IMG/VR virus record: IMGVR_UViG_3300044630_001353
Strand: one strand, 5' to 3'
Length of the DNA stretch: 64,000 nt
Origin: an uncultured virus (IMG/VR IMGVR_UViG_3300044630_001353)
Taxonomy: Duplodnaviria > Heunggongvirae > Uroviricota > Caudoviricetes
The notes beneath the pieces were generated by a model. That model ran no database searches, was not told the DNA's origin, and saw nothing but the letters and a program-made list of their open reading frames with translations. The translations under genes were made by a program, and so were the position numbers. Positions 28,386 to 38,372 of this stretch are shown one piece after another (within the stretch, counting starts at the first letter, position 1; each line of letters starts with the position of its first letter).

Positions 28386-30089
28386 ATGGCTTCACCAAAC
28401 CTAAACCTAGCTGAACCAACCGATGGCAGTTTTACCGGCTCGTGGGGGCAAATCGTCAACAACGGCATTACCGAGTACGTGGACATTGCCATTGCTGGGA
28501 CGTTGTCGCTAACTGCGGATTCTGATGTTAACCTTGTGCAAACGACCGGAAGTACTTCTAGCTCTGGAGTTACTTCAACCACCGCGCAGTATGCAATCCT
28601 AAACTGCTCCGGCGCACGCACAGTAACTCGGTACATCAACACGCCTAAGATTTCCAAGTCTTACATGGTGATTAACAACACCTCGCAGTCAATTGTGATT
28701 CGCGGAGGTCCAACATCCCCAACAACTGGTGTCACAGTCCTAACCAACACCAAAGTCTTGGTGGCTTGGGATACATCGTTGGCAACCCCTGATTTTGTGC
28801 AAATCAGTACCAGTGCGGGTGGTGGCGGGGGCGTTACCAGCATCACCGCTGGCACAGGCTTGACCGGCGGAACTATTACAACCACCGGCACAATTGCTTT
28901 AAACAACACAGCAGTGACAGCCGGCACCTATACCGCAGCTAACATTACCGTAGATGCTCAAGGTCGATTGACTGCCGCAGCCAACGGCACCGGAGGGGGT
29001 GGAGGTACGGTCACCAGTGTCACCGCTGGCGCTGGTTTAAGCGGTGGAGTTATTACCACCACCGGAACCATTGCTTTGCCCACTACCGGAGTTACCGCCG
29101 GCTCATACACTTTGACCAGCTTGACTGTCGATGTGTATGGTCGCATCACTGCGGCTTCTAGTGGAACTGGCGGTAGTGTCTCAACGATCTCTGTTGCAAA
29201 TGCTAATGGTTTTAGCGGCTCAAGCAGCGGCGGCGCAACCCCTACATTAACCTTGAACACAACCATTAATGGAATTGTTAAAGGTAACGGCTCATCACTC
29301 TCTGCGGCAACGGCCAACACTGACTACTTAGTGCCGCCCTCCGGCACATCTATCCTGAAGGGTGGCTCTGGCGGTGCGTTGTCTAATGCAACTGCAGGTA
29401 GTGATTACCTTGCGCCCAATGGCGCACTGGGAACCCCTACGTCAGGCAATTTCACTACCGGCTCCTTTTCATGGCCCACGTTTAACCAAAGCACAACAGG
29501 TCAGGCTGGCTCTGTCGCAAGCTCCTTAACCTTTAGTGATGGTGGAGGTGGTAATGCTTCCGGCTCTACCTACAACGGTGGCGGTGCTAGAACCATTTCC
29601 TACAACTCTATTGGTGCTCCCAGTACTAGCGGTGCTAACGCATCCGGTACATGGTCAATCAACGTAACCGGTAGTTCAGGCTCAGCCTCAACAGCTACAA
29701 CAGCCAATGCGTTAAATACCGGCAACGCTTACACAATTGCTGGTTTAACTTGTAACGGAGCCATTACAGCCACTGGAAACATTACCGCGTATTTTTCTGA
29801 CGACCGTTTAAAGACGCGTATTGGCAACATTACTGGCGCTTTGGATAAAGTCCGCAGCTTAGATGCCTTCTATTACGAAGCCAATCAAACTGCGCAAGGT
29901 TTGGGGTATGAAGCCGTTCGCGAAGTCGGTGTATCAGCCCAGCAAGTGCAAGCTGTGTTGCCTGAAATTGTTGCGCCAGCCCCTGTGGATGCGCAATATT
30001 TAACTGTGCGTTATGAGCGCCTAGTCCCGCTGTTAATTGCAGCCATTAAGGAGTTGGAAGCTCAAGTCAAAGAACTAAAGGGAGCTTAA
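28386..30089 (+). CDS. tail fibre/spike with C-terminal intramolecular chaperone (peptidase S74)
   Basis: VTSITAGTGLTGG and ITVDAQGRLTAA repeats; FSDDRLK..GVSAQQVQAVLPE..YERLVPLLIAAIKEL. Confidence 0.85.
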   Translation: MASPNLNLAEPTDGSFTGSWGQIVNNGITEYVDIAIAGTLSLTADSDVNLVQTTGSTSSSGVTSTTAQYAILNCSGARTVTRYINTPKISKSYMVINNTSQSIVIRGGPTSPTTGVTVLTNTKVLVAWDTSLATPDFVQISTSAGGGGGVTSITAGTGLTGGTITTTGTIALNNTAVTAGTYTAANITVDAQGRLTAAANGTGGGGGTVTSVTAGAGLSGGVITTTGTIALPTTGVTAGSYTLTSLTVDVYGRITAASSGTGGSVSTISVANANGFSGSSSGGATPTLTLNTTINGIVKGNGSSLSAATANTDYLVPPSGTSILKGGSGGALSNATAGSDYLAPNGALGTPTSGNFTTGSFSWPTFNQSTTGQAGSVASSLTFSDGGGGNASGSTYNGGGARTISYNSIGAPSTSGANASGTWSINVTGSSGSASTATTANALNTGNAYTIAGLTCNGAITATGNITAYFSDDRLKTRIGNITGALDKVRSLDAFYYEANQTAQGLGYEAVREVGVSAQQVQAVLPEIVAPAPVDAQYLTVRYERLVPLLIAAIKELEAQVKELKGA

Positions 30090-30090
30090 G

Positions 30091-30972
30091 ATGCCTTTAA
30101 ACAGTACCGGACCAATTAGCCTTGGTGGCTCTACCACCGGCCAATCAATCAACATACAGCTTGGCCAAGCAGCCACTGCGCAAGTAAGTTTAAACGACTC
30201 AAACGTTAGAAGCTTGGCCGGTGTTAGTTCGGGTCAAATATCAATGCCTGCAGACTTCTGGGGTAAACCCTCATATACCCCGCAGTTGTATTTCTTTGGC
30301 ACTATAGGCACAACAACGTTTACAGTGCCTTCCGGCATGACTTCAATTAATGTGGTGGTCGTGGGTGGCGGTGCGGGCGGTCGCAATGCTAACTATAACT
30401 CGGGTCTGCCACATGGTGGCGGTGGTGGAGGTGGTGGGTCAGCGCAAAACGCCTCTTACGCGGTGTCTGCTGGTCAAACGTTAACCATGACTATTGGTGC
30501 CGGCGGTGTTGCCGCCGCCGCTGGGGCTGCTACATCCATTACAGGCGGGTCTGGTGGAACATTATCTTGTTCTCCCGGTCTTGCAAGTGCCTCGCAATAT
30601 GTAGGTGGCGTGAGTGGTACGGGTTTTGTAGGAGGCACAGGTTCTAATGCTGTAGGCTCTGGCGGTGGCGGCGGCGGAGGTGGTGCTGGATTGGCTGGCG
30701 GCTCCGGTGAAGGTGGAGATGGCGGAACCTCTGCGGCATACACCGTAAATGGTGTTATTTATTATGTAGGCGGCGGTGGCGGCGGTGGCGGTATTGTGGG
30801 CGGATTAGGCGGCGGCGGTAACGGTGGCGACGGCGGTACGTATGAGTCTGGTGGACAGCCCGGCTTGGCCTATAACGCTGGCGGTGGCGGCGGCGCGGCT
30901 GACTATGTTGGAACTGGCGGCACTTGGCTAGGCGGTCAAGGCGGTCAAGGCTGCGTATTGTTTTTTGGTTAA
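30091..30972 (+). CDS. glycine-rich adhesin/fibre tip protein
   Basis: MPLNSTGPISL N-terminus; poly-Gly segments (VVVVGGGAGG, GGGGGGG). Confidence 0.7.
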   Translation: MPLNSTGPISLGGSTTGQSINIQLGQAATAQVSLNDSNVRSLAGVSSGQISMPADFWGKPSYTPQLYFFGTIGTTTFTVPSGMTSINVVVVGGGAGGRNANYNSGLPHGGGGGGGGSAQNASYAVSAGQTLTMTIGAGGVAAAAGAATSITGGSGGTLSCSPGLASASQYVGGVSGTGFVGGTGSNAVGSGGGGGGGGAGLAGGSGEGGDGGTSAAYTVNGVIYYVGGGGGGGGIVGGLGGGGNGGDGGTYESGGQPGLAYNAGGGGGAADYVGTGGTWLGGQGGQGCVLFFG

Positions 30973-30983
30973 AGGAAAGTGTT

Positions 30984-31319
30984 ATGTATCCATACAAAGT
31001 ACTAGCATTTGACAGGGCAACAGGCTCTTTGGTCGTGGACTTTACAGACATTGAAAACGAGCCGTTAAATTACAACGCTCCACGTTTAAACGGTGTATAT
31101 TTGGCAGGTCAAGCGTTAGAAGATGCCATTCAATTGTTACGAAAACCAATTGATGACCTCACGGCAGCGGAGTATCAACTGCGTTATCCAGAAGACGACC
31201 CCTCAACAATTACAGGCGGCGAAGACATTGAAGCAAAAATAGAAGTTCACCCACCCGAAACAGGCATGCTTGTTGGGGAGGCAGCTTTAGCAATACTGGA
31301 AGTGTTTAAACGGCCTTAA
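30984..31319 (+). CDS. hypothetical protein
   Basis: AAGGA RBS, MYPYKV. Confidence 0.65.
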   Translation: MYPYKVLAFDRATGSLVVDFTDIENEPLNYNAPRLNGVYLAGQALEDAIQLLRKPIDDLTAAEYQLRYPEDDPSTITGGEDIEAKIEVHPPETGMLVGEAALAILEVFKRP

Positions 31320-31323
31320 CATC

Positions 31324-31815
31324 ATGATTGACCCAATCACCGCACTAGCCGGTATTCAGTCCGCAGTAAAACTGATTAAGCAGGCTTCCAAGACGGTGGA
31401 TGATGTGGCCTCGCTTGGCCCGCTGTTGGGTAAGTATTTCAACGCTAAAGCAGAAGCTAACAAGGCGGTTGCAGAGTCAAAGAAAAAAGGCGGCTCTTCT
31501 ATGGGCACGGCCTTGCAGATTGAGTTAGCTTTAGAGCAAGCCCGTGAGTTTGAAAAAAGCGTGGAGTTACTGTTCTTCCAAGCAAACAAAATGGATGTGT
31601 GGGCTAGGATTAAAGCCAGAGCCGCCGCAAGTGACGTAGAAGATGCGCACAACGCTAGGCGTGAAAAGGAAGCGGCAGCAAGAAAGAAAAAAGCTGACCA
31701 AGAGGACTTGGAGCTTGGCTTGTTGCTTGGTGGGTTGGTTTTAGCTATTGTTATGTGTGCTTACGGGATTTACGAAATACTAGACCACTGCGCTCAAAAC
31801 AGGTGTGGTCGATGA
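31324..31815 (+). CDS. hypothetical protein with C-terminal TM helix
   Basis: MIDPITALA.., coiled coil, hydrophobic LGLLLGGLVLAIVMCAYGIY. Confidence 0.7.
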   Translation: MIDPITALAGIQSAVKLIKQASKTVDDVASLGPLLGKYFNAKAEANKAVAESKKKGGSSMGTALQIELALEQAREFEKSVELLFFQANKMDVWARIKARAAASDVEDAHNARREKEAAARKKKADQEDLELGLLLGGLVLAIVMCAYGIYEILDHCAQNRCGR

Positions 31816-31901
31816 CATATTTTGATGTATTGCTTTGGGCTGCTGTTCCGTTAAATTACTTTTTTTGGATAGTGGTTTATCCATATTTGGTTGATGAATG
31901 A
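31812..31901 (+). CDS. 29-aa hydrophobic peptide
   Basis: MTYFDVLLWAAVPLNYFFWIVVYPYLVDE; ATGA-coupled to the upstream gene. Confidence 0.45.
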   Translation: MTYFDVLLWAAVPLNYFFWIVVYPYLVDE

Positions 31902-32043
31902 GTACCAGAAGACCGCTGACATGGTGTTTAAGATTGTTGGCGCTTGGTGGGCGGCTAACTTATTTCTGGATGTGATTACAGTGTTGCCAAACTTTATTTC
32001 AGACCGCATTGTGAATGCGCTACTTGGAAGGATGGGATTGTGA
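31894..32043 (+). CDS. 49-aa membrane peptide
   Basis: MNEYQKTADMVFKIVGAWWAANLFLDVITVLPNF..; its stop overlaps the next start (GTGA). Confidence 0.55.
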   Translation: MNEYQKTADMVFKIVGAWWAANLFLDVITVLPNFISDRIVNALLGRMGL

Positions 32044-32651
32044 GTGAAGAAAAGCCAGCCGATGTTCTAGGCAAGGTGCTGTCCTATGTGGATAGCCCGT
32101 TTAAACTTTTTGCTTTGGTGCTCATGGCGGTGTTTGCGTTTTCTGGGTACTTTATTTGGCAGAACCAAGCGTTCCTATTTGAAGCTTACAAGGAAAACAA
32201 GAAGCTTCCAACCATTGCAGAAGACAGGGCAGAAGATGTTGCGGCGCATTTGTTTAAGAACACCAACGCAACGGTGGTTGCCATCTTCAAAGTTAACCCT
32301 TTGTTTGGGACAAGGGTGTTGTACCGTGCATACACCCGCGAAGGCAGGGAAAGAACGCACGAAGGTTTGGATGTGGGGCTGTTTACACAGAGTGCGTCCA
32401 ACAACCGTGATGTGGTTGCGCTGATGGCTAATGATATTCCTTGCAGTGAATACGCTGTACCTCAGAGTGAAATCGGGCTTTGGTACATAGACAAAGGCGT
32501 GAGGTTTGGATGCCGCGTCAGTGTTCCTCCAGAGCAAGGCAGGTTCGTTGGGCAGATTACAGTGGGCTGGGATAAAGAACCCAAGGATTTAACCAAAGTA
32601 ATTGGTATGCTACAAATTGCCAGCAACATGCTAAGTAAAAGCAAACCATAA
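32040..32651 (+). CDS. single-TM protein with a GAF-like soluble domain (possible T4 T-like holin)
   Basis: One TM near aa 22-42, then CRVSVPP..FVGQITVGW; directly upstream of the endolysin. Confidence 0.5.
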   Translation: MSEEKPADVLGKVLSYVDSPFKLFALVLMAVFAFSGYFIWQNQAFLFEAYKENKKLPTIAEDRAEDVAAHLFKNTNATVVAIFKVNPLFGTRVLYRAYTREGRERTHEGLDVGLFTQSASNNRDVVALMANDIPCSEYAVPQSEIGLWYIDKGVRFGCRVSVPPEQGRFVGQITVGWDKEPKDLTKVIGMLQIASNMLSKSKP

Positions 32652-32661
32652 AGGACTAGAA

Positions 32662-33177
32662 ATGGCTCAGTTTGAACCTGCTTTTGAGCAAATGATTAGG
32701 GATGAGGGCGGCTACGTTCTTCATGAAATACCCGGCGACACCGGGGGTATGACCTACGCTGGCATTGCCCGTAACAAAAACCCGCAGTGGCCCGGCTGGG
32801 CACTGGTAGACAAAAAGGAAATGGGTGGCTCCTTAACGCCTATGGTGCGTGAGTTCTATCGTACTGAGTTCTGGGACAAAATGCGCGGCAATGAGATTAG
32901 TAACCAAGACGTAGCCAACAGTATCTTTAACTTTGGTGTAAACGCAGGAATGGGGATGGCCGTGAAACTGGCCCAGTTGGTTGTTGGCGCTACCCCTGAT
33001 GGCGGTATTGGTGTTAAGACTGTAGAAAAGCTAAACCAAATCACAGACGGACAGCGGTTTAAGGAGTCCTACGCTTTAGCCAAGATTGCCCGTTATGTGG
33101 AAATCTGCAACAAAAACCCCGTGCAGGTAAAGTTCCTCAAGGGTTGGATTAACCGCACATTGAAAGGTCTAGCATGA
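32662..33177 (+). CDS. endolysin, glycoside hydrolase family 108 with peptidoglycan-binding domain
   Basis: EGGY..DTGGMTYAGI, FNFGVNAG, DGGIG..T, FLKGWINR. Confidence 0.9.
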   Translation: MAQFEPAFEQMIRDEGGYVLHEIPGDTGGMTYAGIARNKNPQWPGWALVDKKEMGGSLTPMVREFYRTEFWDKMRGNEISNQDVANSIFNFGVNAGMGMAVKLAQLVVGATPDGGIGVKTVEKLNQITDGQRFKESYALAKIARYVEICNKNPVQVKFLKGWINRTLKGLA

Positions 33178-33611
33178 GCTTGCTTGCCGTAGGATCAATT
33201 ATTGAAGCCGTGGGTAAGGTTGCTGGCGACCTGATTACCACCGACAAAGAAAAAATGGAAATGGAGATTGAGCAACGTAAGCTTGATCTTGAAGAGAAGC
33301 GCATTGACCAAGCCACAGACCTCGCCCAAATTGAGGTCAACAAGATTGAGGCGGCGTCCTCTAGTGTGTTTGTGTCAGGCTGGAGGCCAGCCATTGGATG
33401 GATTGGTGTGGCCGCAATGGGGTATCAGTTTTTGCTTTACCCGCTGTTTCAGTGGGCATGGAAATACCTGCAAGCTATGGGTTGGGTTCCCGTGGGAATG
33501 GACCCTCCTCCAGTACTAGACGCAGACCAGCTTTGGGTGATATTATCAGGCATCTTGGGCATTGCCGGTATGCGTTCTTTTGAGAAGACTAAAGGCGTTG
33601 CCAGTAAATAA
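33174..33611 (+). CDS. holin (GTA 3TM-type)
   Basis: FVSGWRPAIGW..LGIAGMRSFEK; adjacent to the endolysin. Confidence 0.8.
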   Translation: MSLLAVGSIIEAVGKVAGDLITTDKEKMEMEIEQRKLDLEEKRIDQATDLAQIEVNKIEAASSSVFVSGWRPAIGWIGVAAMGYQFLLYPLFQWAWKYLQAMGWVPVGMDPPPVLDADQLWVILSGILGIAGMRSFEKTKGVASK

Positions 33612-33620
33612 GGACTGCCG

Positions 33621-35795
33621 ATGCCGTTGAAAAAAATCCTCTTTAGGCCCGGTGTAAACAGGGAAAACACACGTTATGCGTCCGAATCCATAGGCGGAAG
33701 CCTTCCCGGCGTTAACGTTGCTGGCGGCTGGTACGAATCTGAAAAAGTGCGTTTTCGTGCTGGAACCCCTGAAAAAATTGGTGGTTGGCAGCGTCTTTCC
33801 GGTTCAACGTTTAACGGTATTTGCCGCTCTTTGTGGAATTGGGTTACCTTGACAGGTTTAAACCTCTTGTCAGTAGGCACTAACACAAAGTATTACATTG
33901 AAAGCGGTGGCCTGTATTACGACATCACCCCAATTCGTGAGACCACAGCGGCTGGCGCGTTAACGTTTTCAGCCGTTACGGTGGCCCCGTTTAGCTCTAC
34001 AGTTACTGTAAACGACACCGCCCACGGTTGTTTGCCAAACGACTTCGTCACCATCTCCGGCGCGGTAAGTTTAGGCGGGAACATCACAGCCGCAGTACTC
34101 AACCAAGAGTACCAAATTGTTACCACGCCAACAGCTAACTCTTACACTATTACGGCTAAGGACACATCTGGTGTCACGGTAACATCTAACGCCAGCGATA
34201 CTGGCTCAGGCGGTGCGTCTGCGGCTGGTGTTTACCAAATTAACACAGGGCCTTCATATCAACTACCAACTCTTGGTTGGGGTTCAGGTTCATGGAGTTC
34301 CGGCTCTTGGGGCACCAGCGGTGGCGGTGTGTCTTCCTTGCGTGTTTGGAACCAAACAAACTTTGGCGATGACTTAGTGTTTGGCTACCGTGGCGGACCC
34401 ATGTATTACTGGAGCGCCGCATCCGGATTAGCTACCCGTGGCAAGCTAATTTCTAGCCTTGGTGGCACCGTTACCTTGACTATTGCCTCGCCTTGCGTCA
34501 TTACCTTAACCACACCCCTAACTGCAGGCAATGAAATTACGTTGGCTACTACAGGGGCACTGCCAACCGGCCTAACAGCGGGAACCAATTACTATTTAAT
34601 TAATGTGGTTGGTTTGACTGCCAACCTTGCACTCAGTGCAGGCGGTACAGCTATTACAACTACTGGTAGCCAATCCGGTGTGCAATCTATTGCAAGCATT
34701 GTGTCTGTACCTATCATTCAGAATTACTTGTACGTATCAGATACCAGCCGTTTTGTGTTTGCCTTTGGCTGTAACGACTATGGTAGTGTTACACAGAACC
34801 CAATGCTAATTCGGTGGTCTTCACAGGAGTCGGTGACTGACTGGTGGCCTGCCTCTACCAATCAAGCCGGCAGTGTTTTGTTGTCTCATGGCTCTCAAAT
34901 TGTTACTGTTGTGCAAACGCGTCAAGAGATTGTGGTGTTTACAGATTCATCACTGTATTCACTGCAGTACATTGGCCCGCCAGTGGTGTGGCAGTCCCAG
35001 TTGCTTGGCGACAACATTTCAATCATCAGCCAAAACGCGGCAGTGGTTGCGTCCGGTAAAGTGTATTGGATGGGTGTAGAAAAGTTCTACATGTACGATG
35101 GCCGCATCCAAACACTCAACTGCGACATCCGCCAATACATTTTTAGTGACATCAACCTTAGCCAAAACCAGCAAGTGTTTGCTGGAACAAACGAAGGCTT
35201 CACAGAAGTCTGGTGGTTTTACTGCTCACAGAATTCAGACGCAATTGATAAATACGCAATTTTCAATTACGGTGAAAACATTTGGTATTACGGCACAATG
35301 GAACGCACGGCGTGGTTGGACTCCGGCTTAAGGGATCACCCTGTAGCCGCTACCTATATTAACAACTTAGTCAGCCATGAGGTGGGTGTTGATGACGCCG
35401 CTACAGATACCACCGTACCTATTGTGGCCTCTATTACATCGGCAGAGTTTGATATTGACGACGGTCATAACTTTGGTTTTGTATGGCGCGTTATCCCCGA
35501 CTTAACCTTCCGTGGTTCTACAGGTGTATTAACACCGCAATGCACCTTAACGCTGTTACCCTTGCAAAACTCCGGCTCAGGTTACACCAATCCCGCATCG
35601 GTGGGTGGCTCAAGCAACGCGACCATCCAGCGGATTGCTACCGCTCCAATTGAAGAGTTTACTGATCAGGTGTACATCAGAGTTAGAGGTCGCCAGATGG
35701 TGTTTAAACTAGACTCAACGCAACTTGGCACCACATGGCAATTAGGAGCGCCAAGGATTGACATCAAGACTGACGGTCGCAGGGGCAACTCATGA
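33621..35795 (+). CDS. tail nozzle / P22 gp10-like head-closure protein
   Basis: 724 aa, beta-propeller-like (IRWSSQE, TNQAG, VYWMG..FYMYDG, RVRGRQ). Confidence 0.7.
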   Translation: MPLKKILFRPGVNRENTRYASESIGGSLPGVNVAGGWYESEKVRFRAGTPEKIGGWQRLSGSTFNGICRSLWNWVTLTGLNLLSVGTNTKYYIESGGLYYDITPIRETTAAGALTFSAVTVAPFSSTVTVNDTAHGCLPNDFVTISGAVSLGGNITAAVLNQEYQIVTTPTANSYTITAKDTSGVTVTSNASDTGSGGASAAGVYQINTGPSYQLPTLGWGSGSWSSGSWGTSGGGVSSLRVWNQTNFGDDLVFGYRGGPMYYWSAASGLATRGKLISSLGGTVTLTIASPCVITLTTPLTAGNEITLATTGALPTGLTAGTNYYLINVVGLTANLALSAGGTAITTTGSQSGVQSIASIVSVPIIQNYLYVSDTSRFVFAFGCNDYGSVTQNPMLIRWSSQESVTDWWPASTNQAGSVLLSHGSQIVTVVQTRQEIVVFTDSSLYSLQYIGPPVVWQSQLLGDNISIISQNAAVVASGKVYWMGVEKFYMYDGRIQTLNCDIRQYIFSDINLSQNQQVFAGTNEGFTEVWWFYCSQNSDAIDKYAIFNYGENIWYYGTMERTAWLDSGLRDHPVAATYINNLVSHEVGVDDAATDTTVPIVASITSAEFDIDDGHNFGFVWRVIPDLTFRGSTGVLTPQCTLTLLPLQNSGSGYTNPASVGGSSNATIQRIATAPIEEFTDQVYIRVRGRQMVFKLDSTQLGTTWQLGAPRIDIKTDGRRGNS

Positions 35796-36445
35796 CGTAC
35801 TTGATTACCTCTGAATTTGAATTAAATAAGGTGGCGGCTCCCAACCTCCCGTTAGCCCCCACGGAATACGAGTCCCGTTATCAAGAGCAATTGAACAACG
35901 TGCTCCGTTTGTACTTTAACAGGCTAGACAGTTTGTTTGGACAGTTTACTGCGTCTACAGACATATCAGGATTGCGAGCGCCTTACGGTGCATTCTCCAG
36001 CGACCAAGACCAAACCACAACAGCCAACACGGCTACGTTGATGACTTTAAACACCACGGACTTTGCTAATGGTGTCAGCATTGCAAGCTCAAAAATTACT
36101 GTAGCTAATGCTGGTATTTATAACTTGCAGTTCAGTGCGCAATTGCAAAATTTAGATAACGCACCACAAGACGTTTATATTTGGCTTAAGCAAAATGGGA
36201 CAGATATTGTTGGGTCAACGGGCTTGGTTGGATTGCCTGCTAGAAAAAGTGCCGGCGTTCCTTTTCACGATATTAAAGGATGGAACTATTTTCTGTCCAT
36301 GAGCGCTAATGATTACGTAGAAATTTACTGGTCACCTACCATTGCCACGGTAACTATTGAAACCTATGCGGCTTCGGGTTCCCCAACCAAACCATCTACC
36401 CAGTCTGTTGTTGCAACAATGGCGTTTGTTTCAGCTTTGCCTTAA
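35792..36445 (+). CDS. hypothetical tail protein
   Basis: PNLPLAPTEY..LRLYFN; C-terminal beta domain (GIYNLQFSAQ). Confidence 0.65.
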   Translation: MTYLITSEFELNKVAAPNLPLAPTEYESRYQEQLNNVLRLYFNRLDSLFGQFTASTDISGLRAPYGAFSSDQDQTTTANTATLMTLNTTDFANGVSIASSKITVANAGIYNLQFSAQLQNLDNAPQDVYIWLKQNGTDIVGSTGLVGLPARKSAGVPFHDIKGWNYFLSMSANDYVEIYWSPTIATVTIETYAASGSPTKPSTQSVVATMAFVSALP

Positions 36446-36454
36446 GGTTTAAAC

Positions 36455-38371
36455 ATGGTAGATTATTTTAATCAACAATTTGGGCGGGATGACTTTGGGG
36501 ATGACGTTGAATCTCAAAACGCTGGCCTTGCCAACATCATTAACACTGCCCCACCTACCTCCACCAAGTGGGGTAAATATGATGTTCAAAATGACGTGGT
36601 AAACAACCTTGTTCAGCAATTGCAAAAGCAGCAGGCTGGCGGCATGGCAAAGTATTACCAAGGTGAAGGCTTTGGTTCAATTGATGCCAATACACTGGAC
36701 ATGGCTCGCAACCTTGCCGCCTCCGGTGTTACTGACATTAACCAAGTTGATAAAACAACCGTTACGGACCCCGGGTTCTACACTACCACTGAGGGGGGCG
36801 ACCAGTGGACACCTGAGCAAACCCGTGATGTCATTGTCAATAAAGCAACCGGCGAACCATTAATTTCCAATTACGCAGAGCGTACAGGTGGCAATCTGTG
36901 GTCAGGCACTTTTGCAGGTAAAGGTAACACGGGCTACGGTGTTGACTTTGATAGCCAAGGCAACCCACTGTTTTATACGCAGGGTGCATCATCTAATGAC
37001 CTAGCCGCCTTACTACAAGACCTTGGGCCGATTGCGCAGGTTGGCTTAGCGATTGCTACTGCAGGCATGTCATTACCTGCCACTTTGGCAACCAATTTTG
37101 CCTTCCAAGTGGCAAGCGGTGTGCCGGTTAACGATGCCCTCAAAGGTGCTGTGACAGGTTTGATTGCAAATCAAGTCCTTAATATGGACATGCTAAAAGA
37201 TGCCACCAAAGCAATTAACCAAATTGACAGCACCGGCACATTAGCAAAAACTTTTCAAGGGGCTACAGTTGGAGCAATTCAAGCTACCGCACGCGGCACC
37301 GACGTACTTGAAGGCGCATTGGCTGGAGGCAAAAATGGCTTAGCTTCTGGTGTTGCCACGACAGGTTTAAACTCCATAGATGATTTCAAAGCACTCAGCC
37401 CTGCAGAGCAACAAATTTTTGCCAACATTACTGGTGGCGTGCTAAGTGGTAAAACCGGAGAGCAAATTGCTTTAAACGCTATTTCAACTGCAGCGAATAC
37501 CAACGTTGCAGAAGAAAAAAAATACGGCCCATTAAATGCTAAACAGCTTTCTGAGCTAGAGGCTGACGAGTTAGCAAAATACAACGAGGGCGGCACTAAA
37601 GCGCTTTTTGACTACCAAAGAGACATTAGAAATTTGGAAAGTTTGACTAATAGCGGTCGCACTGGCGATGACATGGGCGGCAATGTAACTGAGGTTGGCC
37701 AAGGAATTGAACAAGACATTTTGTACAACTTAGAAAATGCTGGGTTAGAACAAAAAACTGCCGCCGAGTCTGTGGGATTAGACCCTAACGCAGTCAATAT
37801 TACGGGTAACAAAGAAAACCAAGTTACACAAAACCTTGACGACAGCCTGCTGTTGCAAAACTTAATTAGCGCTGGTGGGGATAGTAGCGATCTCAACAAA
37901 GACCGGGTAGTTATCACCGATAAAAAAGACGGTACGCAAACCAATGCGCTCACTGGTTTAAACGATGCTGCTGACTTTATTCCACCAGTTGGCAGTGTGG
38001 TCAATAACAACCTAGAGGAACTTGTTATTACCGGCAAAAACACGGACAACACTCTCAACAATAACGCCACCATTAACACCAACAATGACATTGTTACCAC
38101 TTTGCTTAACAACAATAACAACATAGTTAAGGATAAAGTGGATGACAAGGTGGCCGTTAATGTTACTTTGCCCGTGGACCAAAAGACTACAACCGCAACA
38201 GGCGGTGGTGGTGCTGGGCGGCCCTCTGGTAAAAATGCAACAGGGCCTTTACAATTGATGCAAGATTACTTTGGTACTGATGTTTCACGTATAAACAGCA
38301 CTCCTGCAAGTGCGTTTAAACTATCCGGTGGCGGCGACATTGACGAGCTGCTGCGACTTTTAAGGGGCTGA
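36455..38371 (+). CDS. putative internal virion/ejection protein
   Basis: 638 aa; Ala/Gly-rich hydrophobic segment; located between the nozzle and DNA-transfer genes. Confidence 0.55.
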   Translation: MVDYFNQQFGRDDFGDDVESQNAGLANIINTAPPTSTKWGKYDVQNDVVNNLVQQLQKQQAGGMAKYYQGEGFGSIDANTLDMARNLAASGVTDINQVDKTTVTDPGFYTTTEGGDQWTPEQTRDVIVNKATGEPLISNYAERTGGNLWSGTFAGKGNTGYGVDFDSQGNPLFYTQGASSNDLAALLQDLGPIAQVGLAIATAGMSLPATLATNFAFQVASGVPVNDALKGAVTGLIANQVLNMDMLKDATKAINQIDSTGTLAKTFQGATVGAIQATARGTDVLEGALAGGKNGLASGVATTGLNSIDDFKALSPAEQQIFANITGGVLSGKTGEQIALNAISTAANTNVAEEKKYGPLNAKQLSELEADELAKYNEGGTKALFDYQRDIRNLESLTNSGRTGDDMGGNVTEVGQGIEQDILYNLENAGLEQKTAAESVGLDPNAVNITGNKENQVTQNLDDSLLLQNLISAGGDSSDLNKDRVVITDKKDGTQTNALTGLNDAADFIPPVGSVVNNNLEELVITGKNTDNTLNNNATINTNNDIVTTLLNNNNNIVKDKVDDKVAVNVTLPVDQKTTTATGGGGAGRPSGKNATGPLQLMQDYFGTDVSRINSTPASAFKLSGGGDIDELLRLLRG

Positions 38372-38372
38372 T

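Noticed and set aside
18180..30972. Diversity-generating retroelement or invertible shufflon acting on the fibres
   Set aside because: No reverse transcriptase or invertase in the window, and no template/variable repeat pair differing only at adenines was noticed.
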